DNA from: the human T2T-CHM13v2.0 reference genome, Homo sapiens
Length of the DNA: 64,000 bases
Assembly: GCF_009914755.1 (NCBI RefSeq)
Contig: NC_060946.1
Direction: 5' to 3' (one strand)
Below the pieces are notes generated by a model. The model was not told the DNA's origin. It saw nothing but the letters and a program-made list of their open reading frames with translations, and searched no databases. Shown here piece after piece: positions 27,201 through 39,554 of the stretch. Made by a program: the position numbers and the translations under genes. Numbering within the stretch: position 1 is the stretch's first letter; each line of letters opens with the position of its first letter.

Positions 27201-30200
27201 CGAATATTCAACTCTGTGACTTGAATGCACATATCACAAAGAAGTTTCTGAGAATGCTTCTGTCGAGATTTTATATGAAGATATTCCCGTTTCCAACGAA
27301 ATCCTGAAATCTATCCAAATATCCCCTCGCAGATTCTACAAAAAGAGTGTTTCAAAACTGCTCTGTAAAAAGAAAGGTTCAACTCTGTTAGTTGAGTACA
27401 CACATCACAAACAAGTTTCACAGAATGCTTCTTTCTAGCTTGTAGGGGAAGATATTCCCTTTATCACCATGGTCCTCCAACCGTCCGAAACGTCCACTTC
27501 CATATACTACAAAAAGAGCGTTTCAAACCTGCTCTAGGAAAGGCAATGTTCAACTCTGTGACTTGAATGCAGACATCACAGAGCAGTTTCTGAGAATGCT
27601 TCTGTCTAGATTTTATAGGAAGATATTCCCGTTTCCAACGAAATCTTCACAGCTATCCAAATATCCACTTGCAGATTCTACAAAAAGAGTGTATCAAAAC
27701 TGCTCTGTCAAAAGGAAGGTTCTTCTCTGTTAGGTGAGTGCATACGTCATAAAGGAGTTTCTGAGAATGTTTCTGTCTAGTGGTTATGGGAAGATATTTG
27801 CTTTTTCACCGTAGGCCTCAGAGCGCTCCAAATATCCACTTGCACATACTACAAAAAGAGTGCCTCAAAGCTGCTCTCTGAAACGGAATGTTCAACTCTA
27901 TGAGTTGAATGCAAACATCACAAAGACGTTTCTGAGAATGCTTCTGTCTAGATTTGATATGAAGATATTCCCGTTTCCAACGAAATCTTCAAATCTATCC
28001 AAATGTCCACTTGCATAATCAACAAAAAGTGTTTTTCAGAACTGCTCTATCAAAAGAAAGATCCACCTCTGTTAGCTGAGTTCACACATCACAAACAAGT
28101 TTATGAGAATGCTTCTGTCTAGTTTTTATTTGAAGATATTTCCTTTCTCACCATAGACCTGAAAGCTGTCCTAATGTTCACTTCCAGATACTACAGAAAG
28201 AGTGTTTCAAAACTGCTGTACGAAAGGGAATGTTCAACTCTGTGACTTGAATGCACACATCACAAAGAAGTTTCTGAGGATGCTGCTGTCTACTTTTTAT
28301 ACGTAATCCCGTTTCCAACGAAATCCTCCAAGCTATCCAAATATCCACTTGCAGATTCCACAGAAAGACTGTTTCAAAACTGCTCTGTCAATAGAAAGGT
28401 TCAACTCTGTTAGCTGCGTGCATATATCCCAAAGAAGATTCTGAGATTGCTTCTGTCTAGTTTTTATGGGAAGATATTTCCCTTTTCACCGTAGGCGTCA
28501 AGGCGCTCCAAATGTCCACTTCCAGATACTACAAAAAGAGTGTTTCAAACCTACTCTGTGAAAGCGAATATTCAACTCTGTGACTTGAATGCACATATCA
28601 CAAAGAAGTTTCTGAGAATGCTTCTGTCGAGATTTTATATGAAGATATTCCCGTTTCCAACGAAATCCTGAAATCTATCCAAATATCCCCTCGCAGATTC
28701 TACAAAAAGAGTGTTTCAAAACTGCTCTGTAAAAAGAAAGGTTCAACTCTGTTACTTGAGTACACACATCACAAACAAGTTTCACAGAATGCTTCTTTCT
28801 ATCTTGTAGGGGAAGATATTCCCTTTATCACCATGGGCCTCCAACCGTCCGAAACGTCCACTTCCACATACTACAAAAAGAGCGTTTCAAACCTGCTCTA
28901 GGAAAGGCAATGTTCAACTCTGTGACTTGAATGCAGACATCACAGAGCAGTTTCTGAGAATGCTTCTGTCTAGATTTTATAGGAAGATATTCTCGTTTCC
29001 AACGAAATCTTCACAGCTATCCAAATATCCACTTGCAGATTCTACAAAAAGAGTGTATCAAAACTGCTCTGTCAAAAGGAAGGTTCTTCTCTGTTAGGTG
29101 AGTGCATACGTCATAAAGGAGTTTCTGAGAATGTTTCTGTCTAGTGGTTATGGGAAGATATTTGCTTTTTCACCGTAGGCCTCAGAGCGCTCCAAATATC
29201 CACTTGCACATACAACAAAAAGAGTGCCTCAAAGCTGCTCTTTGAAACGGAATGTTCAACTCTATGAGTTGAATGCAAACATCACAAAGACGTTTCTGAG
29301 AATGCTTCTGTCTAGATTTGATATGAAGATATTCCCGTTTCCAAAGAAATCTTCAAATCTATCCAAATGTCCACTTGCAGATTCAACAAAAAGTGTTTTT
29401 CAGAACTGCTCTATCAAAAGAAAGATCCACCTCTGTTAGCTGAGTTCACACATCACAAACAAGTTTATGAGAATGCTTCTGTCTAGTTTTTATTTGAAGA
29501 TATTTCCTTTCTCACCATAGACCTGAAAGCTGTCCTAATGTTCACTTCCAGATACTACAGAAAGAGTGTTTCAAAACTGCTGTATGAAAGGGAATGTTCA
29601 ACTCTGTGACTTGAATGCACACATCACAAAGAAGTTTCTGAGGATGCTGCTGTCTACTTTTTATATGTAATCCCGTTTCCAACGAAATCCTCCAAGCTAT
29701 CCAAATATCCACTTGCAGATTCCACAGAAAGACTGTTTCAAAACTGCTCTGTCAATAGAAAGGTACAACTCTGTTATCTGCGTGCATATATCCCAAAGAA
29801 GATTCTGAGATTGCTTCTGTCTAGTTTTTATGGGAAGATATTTCCCTTTTCACCGTAGGCGTCAAGGCGCTCCAAATGTCCACTTCCAGATACTACAAAA
29901 AGAGTGTTTCAAACCTACTCTGTGAAAGGGAATATTCAACTCTGTGACTTGAATGCACATATCACAAAGAAGTTTCTGAGAATGCTTCTGTCGAGATTTT
30001 ATATGAAGATATTCCCGTTTCCAACGAAATCCTGAAATCTATCCAAATATCCCCTCGCAGATTCTACAAAAAGAGAGTTTCAAAACTGCTCTGTAAAAAG
30101 AAAGGTTCAACTCTGTTAGTTGAGTACACACATCACAAACAAGTTTCACAGAATGCTTCTTTCTAGCTTGTAGGGGAAGATATTCCCTTTATCACCATGG

Positions 30201-33200
30201 GCCTCCAACCGTCCGAAACATCCACTTCCATATACTACAAAAAGAGCGTTTCAAACCTGCTCTATGAAAGGCAATGTTCAACTCTGTGACTTGAAAGCAG
30301 ACATCACAGAGCAGTTTCTGAGAATGCTTCTGTCTAGATTTTATAGGAAGATATTCCCGTTTCCAACGAAATCTTCACAGCTATCCAAATATCCACTTGC
30401 AGATTCTACAAAAAGAGTGTATCAAAACTGCTCTGTCAAAAGGAAGGTTCTTCTCTGTTAGGTGAGTGCATACGTCATAAAGGAGTTTCTGAGAATGTTT
30501 CTGTCTAGTGGTTATGGGAAGATATTTGCTTTTTCACCGTAGGCCTCAGAGCGCTCCAAATATCCACTTGCACATACTACAAAAAGAGTGCCTCAAAGCT
30601 GCTCTCTGAAACGGAATGTTCAACTCTATGAGTTGAATGCAAACATCACAAAGACGTTTCTGAGAATGCTTCTGTCTAGATTTGATATGAAGATATTCCC
30701 GTTTCCAACGAAATCTTCAAATCTATCCAAATGTCCACTTGCATAATCAACAAAAAGTGTTTTTCAGAACTGCTCTATCAAAAGAAAGATCCACCTCTGT
30801 TAGCTGAGTTCACACATCACAAACAAGTTTATGAGAATGCTTCTGTCTAGTTTTTATTTGAAGATATTTCCTTTCTCACCATAGACCTGAAAGCTGTCCT
30901 AATGTTCACTTCCAGATACTACAGAAAGAGTGTTTCAAAACTGCTGTACGAAAGGGAATGTTCAACTCTGTGACTTGAATGCACACATCACAAAGAAGTT
31001 TCTGAGGATGCTGCTGTCTACTTTTTATACGTAATCCCGTTTCCAACGAAATCCTCCAAGCTATCCAAATATCCACTTGCAGATTCCACAGAAAGACTGT
31101 TTCAAAACTGCTCTGTCAATAGAAAGGTTCAACTCTGTTAGCTGCGTGCATATATCCCAAAGAAGATTCTGAGATTGCTTCTGTCTAGTTTTTATGGGAA
31201 GATATTTCCCTTTTCACCGTAGGCGTCAAGGCGCTCCAAATGTCCACTTCCAGATACTACAAAAAGAGTGTTTCAAACCTACTCTGTGAAAGGGAATATT
31301 CAACTCTGTGACTTGAATGCACATATCACAAAGAAGTTTCTGAGAATGCTTCTGTCGAGATTTTATATGAAGATATTCCCGTTTCCAACGAAATCCTGAA
31401 ATCTATCCAAATATCCCCTCGCAGATTCTACAAAAAGAGTGTTTCAAAACTGCTCTGTAAAAGGAAAGGTTCAACTCTGTTAGTTGAGTACACACATCAC
31501 AAACAAGTTTCACAGAATGCTTCTTTCTAGCTTGAAGGGGAAGATATTCCCTTTATCACCATGGGCCTCCAACCGTCCGAAACGTCCACTTCCATATACT
31601 ACCAAAAGAGCGTTTCAAACCTGCTCTAGGAAAGGCAATGTTCAACTCTGTGACTTGAATGCAGACATCACAGAGCAGTTTCTGAGAATGCTTCTGTCTA
31701 GATTTTATAGGAAGATATTCCCGTTTCCAACGAAATCTTCACAGCTATCCAAATATCCACTTGCAGATTCTACAAAAAGAGTGTATCAAAACTGCTCTGT
31801 CAAAAGGAAGGTTCTTCTCTGTTAGGTGAGTGCATACGTCATAAAGGAGTTTCTGAGAATGTTTCTGTCTAGTGGTTATGGGAAGATATTTGCTTTTTCA
31901 CCGTAGGCCTCAGAGCGCTCCAAATATCCACTTGCACATACAACAAAAAGAGTGCCTCAAAGCTGCTCTTTGAAACGGAATGTTCAACTCTATGAGTTGA
32001 ATGCAAACATCACAAAGACGTTTCTGAGAATGCTTCTGTCTAGATATGATATGAAGATATTCCCGTTTCCAACGAAATCTTCAAATCTATCCAAATGTCC
32101 ACTTGCAGATTCAACAAAAAGTGTTTTTCAGAACTGCTCTATCAAAAGAAAGATCCACCTCTGTTAGCTGAGTTCACACATCACAAACAAGTTTATGAGA
32201 ATGCTTCTGTCTAGTTTTTATTTGAAGATATTTCCTTTCTCACCATAGACCTGAAAGCTGTCCTAATGTTCACTTCCAGATACTACAGAAAGAGTGTTTC
32301 AAAACTGCTGTACGAAAGGGAATGTTCAACTCTGTGACTTGAATGCACACATCACAAAGAAGTTTCTGAGGATGCTGCTGTCTACTTTTTATATGTAATC
32401 CCGTTTCCAACGAAATCCTCCAAGCTATCCAAATATCCACTTGCAGATTCCACAGAAAGACTGTTTCAAAACTGCTCTGTCAATAGAACGGTTCAACTCT
32501 GTTAGCTGCGTGCATATATCCCAAAGAAGATTCTGAGATTGCTTCTGTCTAGTTTTTATGGGAAGATATTTCCCTTTTCACCGTAGGTGTCAAGGCGCTC
32601 CAAATGTCCACTTCCAGATACTACAAAAAGAGTGTTTCAAACCTACTCTGTGAAAGCGAATATTCAACTCTGTGACTTGAATGCACATATCACAAAGAAG
32701 TTTCTGAGAATGCTTCTGTCGAGATTTTATATGAAGATATTCCCGTTTCCAACGAAATCCTGAAATCTATCCAAATATCCCCTCGCAGATTCTACAAAAA
32801 GAGTGTTTCAAAACTGCTCTGTAAAAAGAAAGGTTCAACTCTGTTAGTTGAGTACACACATCACAAACAAGTTTCACAGAATGCTTCTTTCTAGCTTGTA
32901 GGGGAAGATATTCCCTTTATCACCATGGGCCTCCAACCGTCCGAAACGTCCACTTCCATATACTACAAAAAGAGCGTTTCAAACCTGCTCTAGGAAAGGC
33001 AATGTTCAACTCTGTGACTTGAATACAGACATCACAGAGCAGTTTCTGAGAATGCTTCTGTCTAGATTTTATAGGAAGATATTCCCGTTTCCAACGAAAT
33101 CTTCACAGCTATCCAAATATCCACTTGCAGATTCTACAAAAAGAGTGTATCAAAACTGCTCTGTCAAAAGGAAGGTTCTTCTCTGTTAGGTGAGTGCATA

Positions 33201-34098
33201 CGTCATGAAGGAGTTTCTGAGAATGTTTCTGTCTAGTGGTTATGGGAAGATATTTGCTTTTTCACCATAGGCCTCAGAGCGCTCCAAATATCCACTTGCA
33301 CATACTACAAAAAGAGTGCCTCAAAGCTGCTCTCTGAAACGGAATGTTCAACTCTATGAGTTGAATGCAAACATCACAAAGACGTTTCTGAGAATGCTTC
33401 TGTCTAGATTTGATATGAAGATATTCCCGTTTCCAACGAAATCTTCAAATCTATCCAAATGTCCACTTGCAGATTCAACAAAAAGTGTTTTTCAGAACTG
33501 CTCTATCAAAAGAAAGATCCACCTCTGTTAGCTGAGTTCACACATCACAAACAAGTTTATGAGAATGCTTCTGTCTAGTTTTTATTTGAAGATATTTCCT
33601 TTCTCACCATAGACCTGAAAGCTGTCCTAATGTTCACTTCCAGATACTACAGAAAGAGTGTTTCAAAACTGCTGTACGAAAGGGAATGTTCAACTCTGTG
33701 ACTTGAATGCACACATCACAAAGAAGTTTCTGAGGATGCTGCTGTCTACTTTTTATACGTAATCCCGTTTCCAACGAAATCCTCCAAGCTATCCAAATAT
33801 CCACTTGCAGATTCCACAGAAAGACTGTTTCAAAACTGCTCTGTCAATAGAAAGGTTCAACTCTGTTAGCTGCGTGCATATATCCCAAAGAAGATTCTGA
33901 GATTGCTTCTGTCTAGTTTTTATGGGAAGATATTTCCCTTTTCACCGTAGGCGTCAAGGCGCTCCAAATGTCCACTTCCAGATACTACAAAAAGAGTGTT
34001 TCAAACCTACTCTGTGAAAGGGAATATTCAACTCTGTGACTTGAATGCACATATCACAAAGAAGTTTCTGAGAATGCTTCTGTCGAGATTTTATATGA
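12277..34098. repeat. Tandem duplication of 9-HOR block H10-H18, with second copy H19-H25 lacking 2 HORs
   Basis: H10-H13 markers recur at +12274 (13317/25591, 16719/28993, 17071/29345). H15-H18 markers recur at +9548 (e.g. 113-aa ORF artefact 21936/31484; GAATACAG about 23477/33025). Confidence 0.8.
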
Positions 34099-37000
34099 AG
34101 ATATTCCCGTTTCCAACGAAATCCTGAAATCTATCCAAATATCCCCTCGCAGATTCTACAAAAAGAGTGTTTCAAAACTGTTCTGTAAAAAGAAAGGTTC
34201 AACTCTGTTAGTTGAGTACACACATCACAAACAAGTTTCACAGAATGCTTCTTTCTAGCTTGTAGGGGAAGATATTCCCTTTATCACCATGGTCCTCAAA
34301 CCGTCCGAAACGTCCACTTCCATATACTACAAAAAGAGCGTTTCAAACCTGCTCTAGGAAAGGCAATGTTCAACTCTGTGACTTGAATGCAGACATCACA
34401 GAGCAGTTTCTGAGAATGCTTCTGTCTAGATTTTATAGGAAGATATTCCCGTTTCCAACGAAATCTTCACAGCTATCCAAATATCCACTTGCAGATTCTA
34501 CAAAAAGAGTGTATCAAAACTGCTCTGTCAAAAGGAAGGTTCTTCTCTGTTAGGTGAGTGCATACGTCATAAAGGAGTTTCTGAGAATGTTTCTGTCTAG
34601 TGGTTATGGGAAGATATTTGCTTTTTCACCGTAGGCCTCAGAGCGCTCCAAATATCCACTTGCACATACTACAAAAAGAGTGCCTCAAAGCTGCTCTCTG
34701 AAACGGAATGTTCAACTCTATGAGTTGAATGCAAACATCAGAAAGACGTTTCTGAGAATGCTTCTGTCTAGATTTGATATGAAGATATTCCCGTTTCCAA
34801 CGAAATCTTCAAATCTATCCAAATGTCCACTTGCATAATCAACAAAAAGTGTTTTTCAGAACTGCTCTATCAAAAGAAAGATCCACCTCTGTTAGCTGAG
34901 TTCACACATCACAAACAAGTTTATGAGAATGCTTCTGTCTAATTTTTATTTGAAGATATTCCCTTTCTCACCATGGACCTGAAAGCTGTCCTAATGTTCA
35001 CTTCCAGATACTACAGAAAGAGTGTTTCAAAACTGCTGTACGAAAGGGAATGTTCAACTCTGTGACTTGAATGCACACATCACAAAGAAGTTTCTGAGGA
35101 TGCTGCTGTCTACTTTTTATACGTAATCCCGTTTCCAACGAAATCCTCCAAGCTATCCAAATATCCACTTGCAGATTCCACAGAAAGACTGTTTCAAAAC
35201 TGCTCTGTCAATAGAAAGGTTCAACTCTGTTAGCTGCGTGCATATATCCCAAAGAAGATTCTGAGATTGCTTCTGTCTAGTTTTTATGGGAAGATATTTC
35301 CCTTTTCACCGTAGGCGTCAAGGCGCTCCAAATGTCCACTTCCAGATACTACAAAAAGAGTGTTTCAAACCTACTCTGTGAAAGGGAATATTCAACTCTG
35401 TGACTTGAATGCACATATCACAAAGAAGTTTCTGAGAATGCTTCTGTCGAGATTTTATATGAAGATATTCCCGTTTCCAACGAAATCCTGAAATCTATCC
35501 AAATATCCCCTCGCAGATTCTACAAAAAGAGTGTTTCAAAACTGCTCTGTAAAAGGAAAGGTTCAACTCTGTTAGTTGAGTACACACATCACAAACAAGT
35601 TTCACAGAATGCTTCTTTCTAGCTTGAAGGGGAAGATATTCCCTTTATCACCATGGGCCTCCAACCGTCCGAAACGTCCACTTCCATATACTACCAAAAG
35701 AGCGTTTCAAACCTGCTCTAGGAAAGGCAATGTTCAACTCTGTGACTTGAATGCAGACATCACAGAGCAGTTTCTGAGAATGCTTCTGTCTAGATTTTAT
35801 AGGAAGATATTCCCGTTTCCAACGAAATCTTCACAGCTATCCAAATATCCACTTGCAGATTCTACAAAAAGAGTGTATCAAAACTGCTCTGTCAAAAGGA
35901 AGGTTCTTCTCTGTTAGGTGAGTGCATACGTCATAAAGGAGTTTCTGAGAATGTTTCTGTCTAGTGGTTATGGGAAGATATTTGCTTTTTCACCGTAGGC
36001 CTCAGAGCGCTCCAAATATCCACTTGCACATACAACAAAAAGAGTGCCTCAAAGCTGCTCTTTGAAACGGAATGTTCAACTCTATGAGTTGAATGCAAAC
36101 ATCACAAAGACGTTTCTGAGAATGCTTCTGTCTAGATATGATATGAAGATATTCCCGTTTCCAACGAAATCTTCAAATCTATCCAAATGTCCACTTGCAG
36201 ATTCAACAAAAAGTGTTTTTCAGAACTGCTCTATCAAAAGAAAGATCCACCTCTGTTAGCTGAGTTCACACATCACAAACAAGTTTATGAGAATGCTTCT
36301 GTCTAGTTTTTATTTGAAGATATTTCCTTTCTCACCATAGACCTGAAAGCTGTCCTAATGTTCACTTCCAGATACTACAGAAAGAGTGTTTCAAAACTGC
36401 TGTACGAAAGGGAATGTTCAACTCTGTGACTTGAATGCACACATCACAAAGAAGTTTCTGAGGATGCTGCTGTCTACTTTTTATATGTAATCCCGTTTCC
36501 AACGAAATCCTCCAAGCTATCCAAATATCCACTTGCAGATTCCACAGAAAGACTGTTTCAAAACTGCTCTGTCAATAGAACGGTTCAACTCTGTTAGCTG
36601 CGTGCATATATCCCAAAGAAGATTCTGAGATTGCTTCTGTCTAGTTTTTATGGGAAGATATTTCCCTTTTCACCGTAGGTGTCAAGGCGCTCCAAATGTC
36701 CACTTCCAGATACTACAAAAAGAGTGTTTCAAACCTACTCTGTGAAAGCGAATATTCAACTCTGTGACTTGAATGCACATATCACAAAGAAGTTTCTGAG
36801 AATGCTTCTGTCGAGATTTTATATGAAGATATTCCCGTTTCCAACGAAATCCTGAAATCTATCCAAATATCCCCTCGCAGATTCTACAAAAAGAGTGTTT
36901 CAAAACTGCTCTGTAAAAAGAAAGGTTCAACTCTGTTAGTTGAGTACACACATCACAAACAAGTTTCACAGAATGCTTCTTTCTAGCTTGTAGGGGAAGA

Positions 37001-39554
37001 TATTCCCTTTATCACCATGGGCCTCCAACCGTCCGAAACGTCCACTTCCATATACTACAAAAAGAGCGTTTCAAACCTGCTCTAGGAAAGGCAATGTTCA
37101 TCTCTGTGACTTGAATACAGACATCACAGAGCAGTTTCTGAGAATGCTTCTGTCTAGATTTTATAGGAAGATATTCCCGTTTCCAACGAAATCTTCACAG
37201 CTATCCAAATATCCACTTGCAGATTCTACAAAAAGAGTGTATCAAAACTGCTCTGTCAAAAGGAAGGTTCTTCTCTGTTAGGTGAGTGCATACGTCATGA
37301 AGGAGTTTCTGAGAATGTTTCTGTCTAGTGGTTATGGGAAGATATTTGCTTTTTCACCATAGGCCTCAGAGCGCTCCAAATATCCACTTGCACATACTAC
37401 AAAAAGAGTGCCTCAAAGCTGCTCTCTGAAACGGAATGTTCAACTCTATGAGTTGAATGCAAACATCACAAAGACGTTTCTGAGAATGCTTCTGTCTAGA
37501 TTTGATATGAAGATATTCCCGTTTCCAACGAAATCTTCAAATCTATCCAAATGTCCACTTGCAGATTCAACAAAAAGTGTTTTTCAGAACTGCTCTATCA
37601 AAAGAAAGATCCACCTCTGTTAGCTGAGTTCACACATCACAAACAAGTTTATGAGAATGCTTCTGTCTAGTTTTTATTTGAAGATATTTCCTTTCTCACC
37701 ATAGACCTGAAAGCTGTCCTAATGTTCACTTCCAGATACTACAGAAAGAGTGTTTCAAAACTGCTGTACGAAAGGGAATGTTCAACTCTGTGACTTGAAT
37801 GCACACATCACAAAGAAGTTTCTGAGGATGCTGCTGTCTACTTTTTATACGTAATCCCGTTTCCAACGAAATCCTCCAAGCTATCCAAATATCCACTTGC
37901 AGATTCCACAGAAAGACTGTTTCAAAACTGCTCTGTCAATAGAAAGGTTCAACTCTGTTAGCTGCGTGCATATATCCCAAAGAAGATTCTGAGATTGCTT
38001 CTGTCTAGTTTTTATGGGAAGATATTTCCCTTTTCACCGTAGGCGTCAAGGCGCTCCAAATGTCCACTTCCAGATACTACAAAAAGAGTGTTTCAAACCT
38101 ACTCTGTGAAAGGGAATATTCAACTCTGTGACTTGAATGCACATATCACAAAGAAGTTTCTGAGAATGCTTCTGTCGAGATTTTATATGAAGATATTCCC
38201 GTTTCCAACGAAATCCTGAAATCTATCCAAATATCCCCTCGCAGATTCTACAAAAAGAGTGTTTCAAAACTGTTCTGTAAAAAGAAAGGTTCAACTCTGT
38301 TAGTTGAGTACACACATCACAAACAAGTTTCACAGAATGCTTCTTTCTAGCTTGTAGGGGAAGATATTCCCTTTATCACCATGGTCCTCAAACCGTCCGA
38401 AACGTCCACTTCCATATACTACAAAAAGAGCGTTTCAAACCTGCTCTAGGAAAGGCAATGTTCAACTCTGTGACTTGAATGCAGACATCACAGAGCAGTT
38501 TCTGAGAATGCTTCTGTCTAGATTTTATAGGAAGATATTCCCGTTTCCAACGAAATCTTCACAGCTATCCAAATATCCACTTGCAGATTCTACAAAAAGA
38601 GTGTATCAAAACTGCTCTGTCAAAAGGAAGGTTCTTCTCTGTTAGGTGAGTGCATACGTCATAAAGGAGTTTCTGAGAATGTTTCTGTCTAGTGGTTATG
38701 GGAAGATATTTGCTTTTTCACCGTAGGCCTCAGAGCGCTCCAAATATCCACTTGCACATACTACAAAAAGAGTGCCTCAAAGCTGCTCTCTGAAACGGAA
38801 TGTTCAACTCTATGAGTTGAATGCAAACATCAGAAAGACGTTTCTGAGAATGCTTCTGTCTAGATTTGATATGAAGATATTCCCGTTTCCAACGAAATCT
38901 TCAAATCTATCCAAATGTCCACTTGCATAATCAACAAAAAGTGTTTTTCAGAACTGCTCTATCAAAAGAAAGATCCACCTCTGTTAGCTGAGTTCACACA
39001 TCACAAACAAGTTTATGAGAATGCTTCTGTCTAATTTTTATTTGAAGATATTCCCTTTCTCACCATGGACCTGAAAGCTGTCCTAATGTTCACTTCCAGA
39101 TACTACAGAAAGAGTGTTTCAAAACTGCTGTACGAAAGGGAATGTTCAACTCTGTGACTTGAATGCACACATCACAAGGAAGTTTCTGAGGATGCTGCTG
39201 TCTACTTTTTATACGTAATCCCGTTTCCAACGAAATCCTCCAAGCTATCCAAATATCCACTTGCAGATTCCACAGAAAGACTGTTTCAAAACTGCTCTGT
39301 CAATAGAAAGGTTCAACTCTGTTAGCTGCGTGCATATATCCCAAAGAAGATTCTGAGATTGCTTCTGTCTAGTTTTTATGGGAAGATATTTCCCTTTTCA
39401 CCGTAGGCGTCAAGGCGCTCCAAATGTCCACTTCCAGATACTACAAAAAGAGTGTTTCAAACCTACTCTGTGAAAGCGAATATTCAACTCTGTGACTTTA
39501 ATGCACATATCACAAAGAAGTTTCTGAGAATGCTTCTGTCGAGATTTTATATGA
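31371..39554. repeat. Tandem duplication of a 3-HOR block (H24-H26 / H27-H29, period 4092 bp)
   Basis: Rare variants repeat at +4092: CTTGAAGG, TAGATATG, CGTCATGAAG (33207/37299), ATCAGAAAG (34741/38833), CCATGGAC. Confidence 0.88.
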
